In this document: positions 27,230-36,216 of the stretch, one piece after another
How the letters are laid out: the number at the start of each line of letters is the position of its first letter
Position numbering within the stretch: the stretch's first letter is position 1
IMG/VR virus record: IMGVR_UViG_3300044640_001538
DNA from: a virus
Lineage: Duplodnaviria; Heunggongvirae; Uroviricota; Caudoviricetes
Strand: one strand, 5' to 3'
Length of the DNA stretch: 64,000 nt
Made by a program: the position numbers and the translations under genes
Notes under the pieces: generated by a model
What the model saw: only the letters and a program-made list of their open reading frames with translations
What the model was told of the DNA's origin: nothing
The model's database searches: none

Positions 27230-28471
27230 TTATTTTGAATATAGTGGTAATAAGTGTCTAAATTTTTTATGGATTACATTATATAATTTCATAGAGCTAC
27301 TCCTTAATTCATTTAAGGTGGTATACTTTTTAATCTCTTCTGTAATTTTTTCTTCTGTCCAAATTATTCTATCTGTTGTTAAATGCTCTGTTAACTCTGG
27401 ATATAATTTTTTTGCAATATTATAAGCAGATGGATTTTTCTCTATAACTTCTTTAACTGTTTTATACTTTAACATTTCTTCTTTTAAAGTATCTTTGTCC
27501 CACTTTACCTTTATATAAGGTAAGTCTTTATTATATTTTCTATACCTTCTGTATAATAAAGGAAAATTTTTGTATATATCCTCTAATGAACACTCATTTA
27601 TTATATCTTGTTCCTCTTTTGTAAATAAAGGTTTCTTTTCTTTTTTAAATAAAGGCTTATCTAAATCTTCCTCATATACCCAACCAATAGTGTTTGAATT
27701 TATTCTAAGTAACTGTGCTCTTATACAACCTATGCTTTTACCTAATAATATAGATAATTCTCTAACTGAATTTATTTTTTCTTTAGAATAATAATTAAAA
27801 ACAGGTTTTAATTGTGTACTAATTCTTTTTTGTATAGTTTCTAAGGATTGTTTTTTACCTCTATTAGGGTTTCTATCACTTAGCATAAAATCTCTTATTT
27901 TATTTTTTTCCTCATCTGATAATGTTCTTCCAAAAGAAGGGTGGTCGCTACCCTTTTTACCTTTCCAATATTTTGCATTATTCAAGCTCATTCGTTTTTT
28001 ACTTTCTTCAGATGCTTTTTTACCTTTTTGAGCGTTACTTACATTAATTTTGTGATTATCTAGTTCTTCTTGTGTCTTACCTTGTCTCCAATCTTTTCCA
28101 AACATTGGGTGTTTCTCTCCCTTAGATGATTCGCTTAATTTTTTTCTAGTTTCTTCTGATATTTTAGCAGGGTGTTCTTTACAAGCAGTAAGTATGCAAT
28201 TCAAACCGTTACTGCCTAATACATCATAAAAATCTTGCCAATAACGTTCTCGACAATATAAATCAGAGACTTCACATTCTTCTATAATTTCAAAAATATG
28301 ATTTTCTACTCCGTATTTTTGAAAAGAGTTATATAACCTTACTTGAGTCTTTACTTTGTCTGATTTTTTATATGAATTTAATCTGCTCTTTATATTTTTA
28401 CTTTTACCTATATAAATTTTATTGGAGGGAGATGTTATTTTATAAATCCCAGATTTTTCTTTATATGCCAT
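27230..28471 (-). CDS. GIY-YIG homing endonuclease (I-TevI-like, with NUMOD-type repeats)
   Basis: N-terminal SGIYKITSPSNKIYIGKSKNIKSRLNSY (GIY-N10-YIG...R); repeated SEE(T/S)(R/K)KK(L/M)S motifs typical of NUMOD3. Confidence 0.8.
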   Translation of the reverse strand: MAYKEKSGIYKITSPSNKIYIGKSKNIKSRLNSYKKSDKVKTQVRLYNSFQKYGVENHIFEIIEECEVSDLYCRERYWQDFYDVLGSNGLNCILTACKEHPAKISEETRKKLSESSKGEKHPMFGKDWRQGKTQEELDNHKINVSNAQKGKKASEESKKRMSLNNAKYWKGKKGSDHPSFGRTLSDEEKNKIRDFMLSDRNPNRGKKQSLETIQKRISTQLKPVFNYYSKEKINSVRELSILLGKSIGCIRAQLLRINSNTIGWVYEEDLDKPLFKKEKKPLFTKEEQDIINECSLEDIYKNFPLLYRRYRKYNKDLPYIKVKWDKDTLKEEMLKYKTVKEVIEKNPSAYNIAKKLYPELTEHLTTDRIIWTEEKITEEIKKYTTLNELRSSSMKLYNVIHKKFRHLLPLYSK

Positions 28472-28883
28472 TAGAACCTTTTGTTAGTTGATGTTGCCAA
28501 ACTTTTAACGATATCCATCTATTTAAACAACTACTATCTTCTAAACCATTGTTACAAATAATTAGTCTAGCTTCTTCTAAACTAAGTTCAGCCTTAGAAA
28601 AACAAAACTTAATAATACTTTTTTTTATTATAGCTCCATTTTTGACTAATTGTTTAACTTCTTTTGACGAAGACTCATAATTTCGCCAGTTAGATTCCTT
28701 TGTTACAGCTTTTTTCCCGCGCCCACGAGTAGAAGTAAGATTCTTTTTTCCATAATAGTAAAAAGGAGTTCCTATTATCTCTATAAGGTATGTGAAGCCT
28801 ATAGCCAGAGGAGGTACAGTAAAATCTTTTTTACCTTGATATGTCCATTCTATTTTTTCTGTTGTTTTTTTAACTGCCATCAA
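28461..28883 (-). CDS. hypothetical protein
   Basis: ORF in track; 11-nt overlap with the GIY-YIG gene. Confidence 0.35.
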   Translation of the reverse strand: MMAVKKTTEKIEWTYQGKKDFTVPPLAIGFTYLIEIIGTPFYYYGKKNLTSTRGRGKKAVTKESNWRNYESSSKEVKQLVKNGAIIKKSIIKFCFSKAELSLEEARLIICNNGLEDSSCLNRWISLKVWQHQLTKGSNGI

Positions 28884-29142
28884 ACATTTTATTTAGTTCT
28901 TCTTTTGTTTCATATTTATAATCTTTGTTTTTCCACCTTTCAAATGCGCAATTTTCTAACCAGCAATCACATATTAAACATTCTCCGTTGTGGTCTGGTT
29001 TACATGGAGTTTCCATATCTTTTTTATTTATTTTTCGCGCCAAAAAAAGTTTAAAACGGAAATATCTAAAACAGAAATTATCCTCACTCTCAACACAATG
29101 GTTAAGACACATTTTTAAAAACCAAATTTTTAGCTTGTTCAT
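28870..29142 (-). CDS. small Cys-rich protein (likely true start at internal Met, METPCKPDHNGECLICDCWLENC)
   Basis: The GC-palindrome motif (29028..29065) sits inside the 5' part of the track ORF, consistent with a start at about 29016. Confidence 0.35.
   Translation of the reverse strand: MNKLKIWFLKMCLNHCVESEDNFCFRYFRFKLFLARKINKKDMETPCKPDHNGECLICDCWLENCAFERWKNKDYKYETKEELNKMFDGS
29028..29065 (-). repeat. GC-palindrome motif copy
   Basis: TTTTTCGCGCCAAAAAAAGTTTAAAACGGAAATATC. Confidence 0.5.
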
Positions 29143-29192
29143 TTTTTAAGTTATAATTCTGGCAAAAATGTTTAGTTTCTGCCAGATGTTAA

Positions 29193-30191
29193 TTAGAATT
29201 TTTCTTTACATAAATTTATAATTTCTAAACAAAGTTCTGGATTATCTTTTAACGTTATTTTAGCTTTATCTTTTCCTTGTCCGATATTAGTTCCATCGTA
29301 ACTGAAGAAAGCCCCAGACTGTTTAACAACACCTAAATCAACTGCATTATTTAAAATATCTAATTCAATGTCAAAGCCTAATCTATTATCATAAGGAAGA
29401 TTAAATTTTGCACCTCTATTTCCAGATAGTTTATCTTTATTAACAGTTACGTTTACTTCTTGACCGATAGTTTTTCCAGTTTTTGTATCCTTGACATTAC
29501 TTCTTGTAAGGTATAATTTTTGACTTGCAAAATCATGTATAGCTCTTCCACCTGGTTCTTTAAATGGTTCAAAAACATTTCCAATATTTTCATAAAGGTG
29601 ATTAGTTATAATCAACGCTGCTTTTGATTTATAGATTTTACCCATTGAACGTCTAAAGAATTTTTTATAAGCTCTTGCTTGTAAACCCATTTGCTGTTCT
29701 TCCATAGTTGCTTGGTATTCTCCTTTTGGAGCCAATGAATCAAAACCGTCAAATATTACAATATCAGCCACCTCACATAAATCTTCTACCATCTCTGCAC
29801 CCTCTTCTAAATAAGTTGGCTGTAGAACGTGAATTCTTTCTTTTTCAATACCAAAATATTTATCAATCCACAAATAAGATGAATCTGACCAGTTAAATTC
29901 ATTATCACAAAAACCAATTATACTGTCTTTATTAGCTCCAGCTAGTGCTAAAGCCATACTCGTTTTACCACAGCTCGCAAAAGCTGAATAAGTTGTTATT
30001 TTTCCTTTTGCTGGTGCTCCACCTAAATATCTATCAAAGGATAAGAACGGATTAACTAATCTTTCTACAGAAGTATCAATATCTTCTAAACTTTTAGGAG
30101 CTTCAAATATCTGTTCTGTCTTCTTGTACTTTGCGTACATTTTATCAATTGCTGATAATTCTCCTTCTTCTGATGTTACTTTTTTTGCCAT
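29193..30191 (-). CDS. RecA/UvsX-like recombinase
   Basis: Walker A SCGKTS, and loop-2 region ITNHLYENIGNVFEPFKEPGGRAIHDFASQKLYLTRS matching RecA NQIR.[30 protein letters not shown]. Confidence 0.7.
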   Translation of the reverse strand: MAKKVTSEEGELSAIDKMYAKYKKTEQIFEAPKSLEDIDTSVERLVNPFLSFDRYLGGAPAKGKITTYSAFASCGKTSMALALAGANKDSIIGFCDNEFNWSDSSYLWIDKYFGIEKERIHVLQPTYLEEGAEMVEDLCEVADIVIFDGFDSLAPKGEYQATMEEQQMGLQARAYKKFFRRSMGKIYKSKAALIITNHLYENIGNVFEPFKEPGGRAIHDFASQKLYLTRSNVKDTKTGKTIGQEVNVTVNKDKLSGNRGAKFNLPYDNRLGFDIELDILNNAVDLGVVKQSGAFFSYDGTNIGQGKDKAKITLKDNPELCLEIINLCKEKF

Positions 30192-30202
30192 TTTTTATTT
30201 AA

Positions 30203-30613
30203 TTATTTATCTTTGATTATGTTCAATCTACTACTAATAGAATTAAGGATTTGTTGAACTGACATTAATACTATTTCTGCTCTTTTTTTCTTTCTTAATG
30301 ATTCTTTACAATTATCAACTTCTTCATTACATTCAATTCTAGCCCTATTTGCAGCCTCTGCAATTGTCATTGATTTTCCGTCATCATCTTTTTGTGTTCT
30401 CCAAAACTGCTCTCTTTCTGCCATTTTGCTTTTTCTTATGTGCTCATTTCTTTCGTAGTCAGATATATACTCTGAAAAACTATCTGAAAGGAAAAATAAA
30501 TTTAAGCTAATTTTTTCTCTAAGAGTTTGTAATTTTTCTGAATCATAACTTTCTCTATTTTCAGAATAATCTTCAATAAGATGATTTAATATTGCCCATG
30601 AATCTTTACTCAT
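30203..30613 (-). CDS. hypothetical protein
   Basis: ORF in track. Confidence 0.4.
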   Translation of the reverse strand: MSKDSWAILNHLIEDYSENRESYDSEKLQTLREKISLNLFFLSDSFSEYISDYERNEHIRKSKMAEREQFWRTQKDDDGKSMTIAEAANRARIECNEEVDNCKESLRKKKRAEIVLMSVQQILNSISSRLNIIKDK

Positions 30614-31058
30614 TTCTAAACTTTTTTATTATTTCTATGTAATCTTCTTTGTAAAATATTTTCATTTGTTTTGACCGTTCTGTTAATTTGTCAAACTCTT
30701 CTTGCCCGTATTTTTCAATTAAAAACTCTTGATATTCTTTGTGATGTTTTGACTTATAGCCTTCTACTTGAACTTGCGCGTCAAAAGTATTAGAAACAGA
30801 AGAAATTAAATGACAGTTAACTAAATCATATCTTGTGCTCATGATGCCCCTATCATAGTAATGACAGACATGTATTTTATCGTAATGATAACTTTGCTTT
30901 TTTAGTGGACACCAAATTCTTTCTCCAAATCCAGCATTCGATTCTATTTTTAATAAATACTGCCTTAACCAATAGTCTGCAACTTTTTTTAAATCAGAAT
31001 TAGATAAACTTTCTAAATCTTCTGTATTATAATCTAGTTTTTTATAGTTGTACTTCAA
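30606..31058 (-). CDS. putative HNH-like nuclease (HVCHYYDRG...NCH)
   Basis: HxxH...G....N..H arrangement resembles the HNH motif; weak. Confidence 0.3.
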   Translation of the reverse strand: MKYNYKKLDYNTEDLESLSNSDLKKVADYWLRQYLLKIESNAGFGERIWCPLKKQSYHYDKIHVCHYYDRGIMSTRYDLVNCHLISSVSNTFDAQVQVEGYKSKHHKEYQEFLIEKYGQEEFDKLTERSKQMKIFYKEDYIEIIKKFRNE

Positions 31059-31764
31059 ATCCTAAATATTTAATTTCTGCTTGCTTTCTAGCTTCAATAG
31101 CATCTTCTAATTTTTCAAACATACCTAGCTCATAACTTATACCTTTTACAGATATTCTTGCTCTATATTTATTTAAATTTTTATAGAAAATAACACCTCT
31201 ATTTTTTACATTGTTTTTATTTAGATTTTGAGTATGAATATCAGCCCATCTACAATTTTCTGGAGAATAATCGCCATTAAAATCTATTCTATCTAAAGTA
31301 TACCCATCTGGTCTTTCTCCCATATCTTCAATAAAATTAAAAAACCCATCTACACCTAACCACCTATCACAAATCTTTATACCTTTACCACCATATCTTT
31401 GGTAATCTTTATCTGTTTCTTGTAGACATCTCTTTTTTATACCGCAGTAGGTATTGTATAAAGGGTGTGTAGTTTGACCGTCTCTTCTTTTTTGTACGGT
31501 ATTTACATCACCGTTGTCCATAAGCCTTCTGTAATGTAATTCACATAAACCTCTTATATATGGTTTAGGTCTTTCGCAATTTTCAACAGAACAACATTGC
31601 GGTCTTATTTTATCTGCCTCAACAATATCTCTATTTTCTTTTACAAATTTTTTATAGTGTGTATTACAAAAACCTCTTGGGTAAAATCTTTTACCATTTC
31701 TATGAAGCTTACCTTGGTTTTTACAACCCTCTACTTTACAACAATCGTAACTCATTTTATTCAC
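31042..31764 (-). CDS. HNH homing endonuclease with C-terminal AP2 DNA-binding domain
   Basis: Two Cys-x-Cys/His zinc modules (CKVEGCKN...FCNTHYKKF; CSVENCER...LCELHYRRL), HNH core DGYTLDRIDFNGDYSPENCRWADIHTQNLN, and AP2-like GVIFYKNLNKYRARISVKGISYELGMFEKLEDAIEARKQAEIKY. Confidence 0.75.
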   Translation of the reverse strand: MNKMSYDCCKVEGCKNQGKLHRNGKRFYPRGFCNTHYKKFVKENRDIVEADKIRPQCCSVENCERPKPYIRGLCELHYRRLMDNGDVNTVQKRRDGQTTHPLYNTYCGIKKRCLQETDKDYQRYGGKGIKICDRWLGVDGFFNFIEDMGERPDGYTLDRIDFNGDYSPENCRWADIHTQNLNKNNVKNRGVIFYKNLNKYRARISVKGISYELGMFEKLEDAIEARKQAEIKYLGFEVQL

Positions 31765-32041
31765 TTAAAAAATAAGCACAGAACTGATACTGTTTATAGT
31801 AATGGTCTAAATACAGCACTTTACCTTCTAAATCAACAAGATAAGTTCTTAATTTTTTCAATTTTCTCGTTCTTTTTATAATGCCGTTTAAATGTAAAAA
31901 TCTAAACTGTTCTGGTGACATGTATTCGTAGTTTGGATTTTCTCTAATTTCTTTTACCGCCGAAATTTGCTCTTCTGTGTAACCATACCTTTCAAGCATT
32001 TCTTTATAATCTTCCCAATCAATTCTTTTATATTCTTCCAT
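31757..32041 (-). CDS. hypothetical protein
   Basis: ORF in track; promoter copy 32060..32100 upstream. Confidence 0.4.
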   Translation of the reverse strand: MEEYKRIDWEDYKEMLERYGYTEEQISAVKEIRENPNYEYMSPEQFRFLHLNGIIKRTRKLKKLRTYLVDLEGKVLYLDHYYKQYQFCAYFLSE

Positions 32042-32059
32042 GTTTTTTTTAATTTTTTA

Positions 32060-32100
32060 TTATTGCAAATATACGAAATTTTTTTGAATTATGCAAGTTT
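32060..32100 (-). promoter_or_regulatory. Bacteroidetes-type promoter copy
   Basis: caaatata at 32066..32073; RC TTG (atgcaag) 20 nt upstream. Confidence 0.55.
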
Positions 32101-33483
32101 TTTATAGATTAATTTCACTTGTCTTTCTAACTCTTTGTCTTTAAAATCGAAATCGGAATTAGCTAACCATTTTAAGTAGTGCCGTTTTCTATAATAAAGT
32201 TCTTTTACTTTTTTACCTTTGTTTGCGCCGAAAGTTATTACAGCATCTCCTGGATTATGTTCTCCAAATACATATTCAACTTTTGGTTTACCGCCTTTTC
32301 TCAAAAAATCTTTTGTGAATACCTTTTCGCTGTCCATTGGTACATCGTTTATTAATATGTCTTTTTTGAATAACCCCCAGCCGTACCCTTCTATGTATTC
32401 GTAATTTAAATCTCTTACGTCTCCATGTGTTCTAACATTTCCCGCAAAATCTATAATTCTGCCAAACTTTTTATCTTTATGTATCCTTGTTATTCGCCCA
32501 GTCTTTTGCATGTGCAACCTTATTGAGTTAGTTGGCGTGCAATCTACTAAATTTTTAAGACTTGGTTTATCAAAACCGACTGTTAATGCTAAAGGAGTTA
32601 TAGCAACTCTGTATTTGTCTTCTTTAAAGCCGTCAACAAATTCCTTTCTTTGTTTTTTAGTTATTTTAGAATGTATTGCAACAGAGTTAGGTATCAGTTT
32701 TTGTAGTTCTTCTGCTTCTTCTATGCTCGGCACAAAAACTAAAGCATCTTCTCCTTCTGGTAGACGGCTTAAAAATTGTGCAACTTTTTCTTTTAAATTA
32801 CAAGCTTCATAAAACGATTTTTTAGATTCTTCTGTAAAATCGCTACCGCTACTATTCGTTACGAGTATTGGTTGCTTAGAATGGTCAAAAACATCAAAAT
32901 ATTGAATGTCTGACCAATAATTCTTACTAACCAATTCACTAATTTGTGTTACAAAACAAATATCTGTAAAAAACGCTCCTTTTACGTTGTGCATCATTCT
33001 TGTAACAGCTCCGTCCATTGTTTGTTCTAAATAGAAAGCACTTGCTGTTAAGCCAAGGCAAGATTTTATTTTTAACTTTTTTAACAGCTTCACCATTTCT
33101 GAATCTGGCTTACTTGCAAAGTCGCACTCGTCGACTATTACATATTTTATGTTTAAATCTTTAAAGTCTTTATAGGTCAAAGATTTTGGAGTGGCATAAA
33201 TTAAATTTTCTTCTGTTTCTTTTTTTCCCGCAGAAGCAGAAAAAGTGGAGTATTTAGCCCCAATTGCTTCTAACTTTTCAATACCTTGATTAAGTAAATC
33301 AATGTTTGGCTGTAATACTAAAACCTTACCATCTGTTAGCTCTTTACTTATGTGTGCAATTATAATCGCTTTTCCAGCAGCGGTGGGCAGAATTGCAACT
33401 TCTTTTCTACCAAGCTCGTCTCTTAAAACAGATAAACATGTTTTGACACATTCTTCTTGGTAATCTCTTAATTTATAAATCAT
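32089..33483 (-). CDS. SF2 (DExD/H-box) DNA helicase
   Basis: Motif I LPTAAGKA, motif II VIVDECDF, motif III LTASAF, motif VI QKTGRITR. Confidence 0.7.
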   Translation of the reverse strand: MIYKLRDYQEECVKTCLSVLRDELGRKEVAILPTAAGKAIIIAHISKELTDGKVLVLQPNIDLLNQGIEKLEAIGAKYSTFSASAGKKETEENLIYATPKSLTYKDFKDLNIKYVIVDECDFASKPDSEMVKLLKKLKIKSCLGLTASAFYLEQTMDGAVTRMMHNVKGAFFTDICFVTQISELVSKNYWSDIQYFDVFDHSKQPILVTNSSGSDFTEESKKSFYEACNLKEKVAQFLSRLPEGEDALVFVPSIEEAEELQKLIPNSVAIHSKITKKQRKEFVDGFKEDKYRVAITPLALTVGFDKPSLKNLVDCTPTNSIRLHMQKTGRITRIHKDKKFGRIIDFAGNVRTHGDVRDLNYEYIEGYGWGLFKKDILINDVPMDSEKVFTKDFLRKGGKPKVEYVFGEHNPGDAVITFGANKGKKVKELYYRKRHYLKWLANSDFDFKDKELERQVKLIYKKLA

Positions 33484-33485
33484 TA

Positions 33486-33824
33486 CTAGTATGCTATAAA
33501 ATCATCTCCGACAACTCCAAAAAACTCTTGTTTACCATCTTCAAATTTAGTTAAATCTTTGAATATATTTAAAAGCGTGTCAGATTCCGTATCTTCCGTA
33601 GCGTAGTTATATTCAATTATTATATTATTCATTTCTCTATTGCTTAATAAATGAACATTTTTTGTATCATATTCGCCTGCATAATCCATAATACCATTTT
33701 TAATATTCATATTAACAAGTTCTACAATTGCGTGAACTTTAGAATAGGCAATAACAAAATAATTACTATTATCTAATACCTCTACTCTATACATTTTTTG
33801 GTCAAACTGATGCATACCTTTCAT
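33486..33824 (-). CDS. hypothetical protein
   Basis: ORF in track. Confidence 0.4.
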   Translation of the reverse strand: MKGMHQFDQKMYRVEVLDNSNYFVIAYSKVHAIVELVNMNIKNGIMDYAGEYDTKNVHLLSNREMNNIIIEYNYATEDTESDTLLNIFKDLTKFEDGKQEFFGVVGDDFIAY

Positions 33825-33830
33825 ATTTAT

Positions 33831-34058
33831 TTATATTTCGTTTTTTAATATATCGGACAAAGTTTTAAAAATAAAAACTAAACCTTCTCTCTCTATTGAA
33901 CCTTTTATTTTAAAAGACGTTTCAATGTTTTCAATTGAGTCTGACTTTATATACACTTCTGTTATTGTTGAATTACCTTCGTATTCCCCAAGCCTTACTC
34001 CAAAAACTATTTCTTCTGGTGAATTTATAAATCTTTCTATAGTTTTTAACTTTTCCAT
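33831..34058 (-). CDS. hypothetical protein (start revised to internal Met; the track start overlaps the promoter)
   Basis: Promoter -7 box at 34077..34084 overlaps the track start at 34079. Confidence 0.35.
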   Translation of the reverse strand: MEKLKTIERFINSPEEIVFGVRLGEYEGNSTITEVYIKSDSIENIETSFKIKGSIEREGLVFIFKTLSDILKNEI

Positions 34059-34069
34059 TTTTAATATTT

Positions 34070-34110
34070 TAGACTGCAAATATACAAAAAATAATTATAC
34101 TTTGCAAGTT
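34070..34110 (-). promoter_or_regulatory. Bacteroidetes-type promoter copy
   Basis: caaatata at 34077..34084; RC TTG (tttgcaagtt) 20 nt upstream. Confidence 0.55.
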
Positions 34111-35282
34111 TTATTCAACATTTCTATTTCTTTTTTATAATCTTTATAATATTTTTCAATTGTTTTTTTTGAAATATTATGATTTTTATAAATACTTTGC
34201 TGTGTTATTTTTCCTAATTTAACAAAATCCCAACAATCTAAAATATTTTGTATTTTCTCTCGTGACGCTTTTTCTTTCGATTCGGAAGACACTTCTCTAC
34301 AAACTGCTAATTTTTCGTTTTTACTTAATCCGCAGTATTTACCAAATAAAGCTTTTCTTTTTATAACTCCAGTAGGTCTTAAAGTACCTTCTTTTTTGTA
34401 TTTTAAAATAGAACTAATAATCCTTTGTAATTGTGGCTCATCAACAGGGTTTGTAAAATTATTAAAGTTTACTGCTGTCATAATAGCGTGCAATCTATCT
34501 TCGTATATATTTGGATTCAACCAAACTAAATTTGTACAATATGCTAATAATATATTATTTCTATTTTTTGATACTTTTTTGTAAAGTAGTTTTGCTTGTA
34601 TAAAATCAAAGCCTTCTATGTTCTTTATAACAGACTCTTCATTTTCTAAATAGTCTGCTCGATTATCAAATCTTACATTGTTTCCATTTTCCCCCCACTG
34701 TGTGCTATATGCTTTCTTTTTTTTATTTATTTCACAAAGGGGGGAAAGATTAATACTTTTAAATATTTTAGATTTAGTATTAAGGTAAAGATTCTCATCA
34801 TAAGAGAGTACATTGAATTGTGTAGTTTTTTTAGCTCCTAAATCAACATAATTAGATATTTCTAATTTAGAACATACGTACGCATAGGTTTCATTAAAAT
34901 TATCCTCTGTTAATCCGTCTACACGAATAACAATAGAATAACCTTTACCACCAAATGATTTATAGTATGCAAAAATATCTGATTTATTTACATTTTCTAT
35001 TTTAAAATCTGGTGCATCAATATCAACATACAGTAACCCAGTAGGTGCAACTATGTTTGACTTATTTTTATAACCGTTAAAATTAAAGTTGTAAACAACA
35101 CAAGGAAGTTGTTCTGTTTTTGTTGTATCATAATCTAATTCTCCGTTTCTAGCTTTTAATATTAAATCTGAATACTCTCCTTCTTTAATACAGTTAAACC
35201 AGTCATAAACAGAAATTTGTTTTATAACGTTACAATTCTTTGTGCAATAAAAGTAATCTAATATGTAATTATCTTTTTCCAT
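34095..35282 (-). CDS. putative replication initiation / primase-polymerase protein (prim-pol-like N-domain plus PriCT-like C-domain)
   Basis: LLYVDIDAPDF (DxD catalytic-like), GKGYSIVIRV, and a C-terminal helical region resembling PriCT_1. Confidence 0.4.
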   Translation of the reverse strand: MEKDNYILDYFYCTKNCNVIKQISVYDWFNCIKEGEYSDLILKARNGELDYDTTKTEQLPCVVYNFNFNGYKNKSNIVAPTGLLYVDIDAPDFKIENVNKSDIFAYYKSFGGKGYSIVIRVDGLTEDNFNETYAYVCSKLEISNYVDLGAKKTTQFNVLSYDENLYLNTKSKIFKSINLSPLCEINKKKKAYSTQWGENGNNVRFDNRADYLENEESVIKNIEGFDFIQAKLLYKKVSKNRNNILLAYCTNLVWLNPNIYEDRLHAIMTAVNFNNFTNPVDEPQLQRIISSILKYKKEGTLRPTGVIKRKALFGKYCGLSKNEKLAVCREVSSESKEKASREKIQNILDCWDFVKLGKITQQSIYKNHNISKKTIEKYYKDYKKEIEMLNKTCKV

Positions 35283-35466
35283 TTTTATAAAATGCGAAAA
35301 GCCCTAAAAACAAAAAACAGTAATGGTGCGAAGATATACTGTTCTGTTAATAGAGCTTTTCAGTTCTTTATATTTTAATCTCTACATGTATCTTCGCCAA
35401 CATATAAAGTGTTTATTCCAATAAAATTTTGTTTGTTTGCGGCACAAAACAATAAAACCGAATTTT

Positions 35467-35505
35467 AAAATGCAAATATACGAAAAATATTCGACAAAAA
35501 CAAAT
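35467..35505 (-). promoter_or_regulatory. Bacteroidetes-type promoter copy (leader of about 180 nt to the 35282 start)
   Basis: caaatata at 35473..35480; RC TTTG 20 nt upstream. Confidence 0.5.
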
Positions 35506-35510
35506 TTAAA

Positions 35511-35795
35511 TTAAACTAAATCTTCTGGAAGTTCACCAGACGGATTATATTTAAAGAAACTGTATAAAAATACGTCAAATAGTTTAACACAACTACTTAT
35601 ACTAATTGGGTTATACAAATCATTCTTATACATCTCATACATTTTGAAGATAACAGAAATATAGAAATCATAGTTTTCTTCAATATGCGCGCGATTAGTA
35701 ATTACTTTAGAAATATTCTCTAAAACAACTTCTTTAAACTCTTCGTAGCCTAACTTTTCACGGTCTTTTGCTACATTATCTTCTAATTCAAACAT
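35511..35795 (-). CDS. hypothetical protein (last minus-strand early gene)
   Basis: ORF in track. Confidence 0.4.
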   Translation of the reverse strand: MFELEDNVAKDREKLGYEEFKEVVLENISKVITNRAHIEENYDFYISVIFKMYEMYKNDLYNPISISSCVKLFDVFLYSFFKYNPSGELPEDLV

Positions 35796-35875
35796 GCCAC
35801 AAAGATAGAAAAATAAGATGAGTTATACAAATTAATGACAACGATTGTAATAATATGTTAAAAAAATGTTAAAGT

Positions 35876-35910
35876 TCTTGCATATTACAAAAATTATTTG
35901 TATATTTGCA
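35876..35910 (+). promoter_or_regulatory. plus-strand Bacteroidetes-type promoter (TTG-N20-TATATTTG) opening the rightward gene block
   Basis: TTG at 35878..35880 and TATATTTG at 35901..35908; divergent from the minus-strand promoters. Confidence 0.55.
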
Positions 35911-36051
35911 CAAGAATTAAAAACCATAAAATTGATAGCTCTTTTATTTTACCAATATTTATTGCGAACTTTAAGGCGGCATCAAGATACAAAATCTTAC
36001 GCTAAGTTTGGTTATAGGTACCATTTCATTCGTTTTGATTGTGTGACTATT

Positions 36052-36216
36052 ATGATTTATAAGGAAAGAAAAACGGCACACATAGTTGTAACTTTTTGTG
36101 ATGATATAGCTCAAAAAGTAGTTAAGATAAAAACATTCAGAAGTAATTATTACTTAAAAGTATTAAAGTTAATTTTAAAAGAAGTAGAAAATGTTAGAAG
36201 TAACGCTAAAAAATAA
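36052..36216 (+). CDS. small hypothetical protein (track ORF 35866..36216, probably starting at the internal Met, MIYKERK)
   Basis: The promoter lies inside the 5' part of the track ORF. Confidence 0.3.
   Translation: MIYKERKTAHIVVTFCDDIAQKVVKIKTFRSNYYLKVLKLILKEVENVRSNAKK

Noticed and set aside
5984-29065. GC-palindrome motif interpreted as intrinsic terminators
   Set aside because: The palindrome TTTTCGCGCGAAAA leaves no loop, and no U-tract follows a GC stem on the sense strand. The copies sit upstream of start codons rather than after stops.
312-34584. Plus-strand track ORFs lying antisense within minus-strand early genes (for example 312..494, 3252..3434, 4214..4591, 4956..5294, 5534..5827, 5883..6089, 12578..12760, 16540..16800, 18412..18606, 19806..20030, 20422..20760, 22361..22555, 25473..25733, 27195..27425, 27570..27791, 28836..29054, 28925..29149, 29708..29896, 31597..31881, 32219..32404, 32510..32812, 33925..34140, 34396..34584)
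   Set aside because: They overlap well-supported minus-strand genes and are low-complexity and Phe/Leu/Ser-rich, as expected for the antisense of AT-rich coding DNA. They have no motifs and no promoter context.
35866-36051. 5' part of track ORF 35866..36216
   Set aside because: It contains the plus-strand promoter (35878..35908), so translation more likely begins at the internal Met at 36052.
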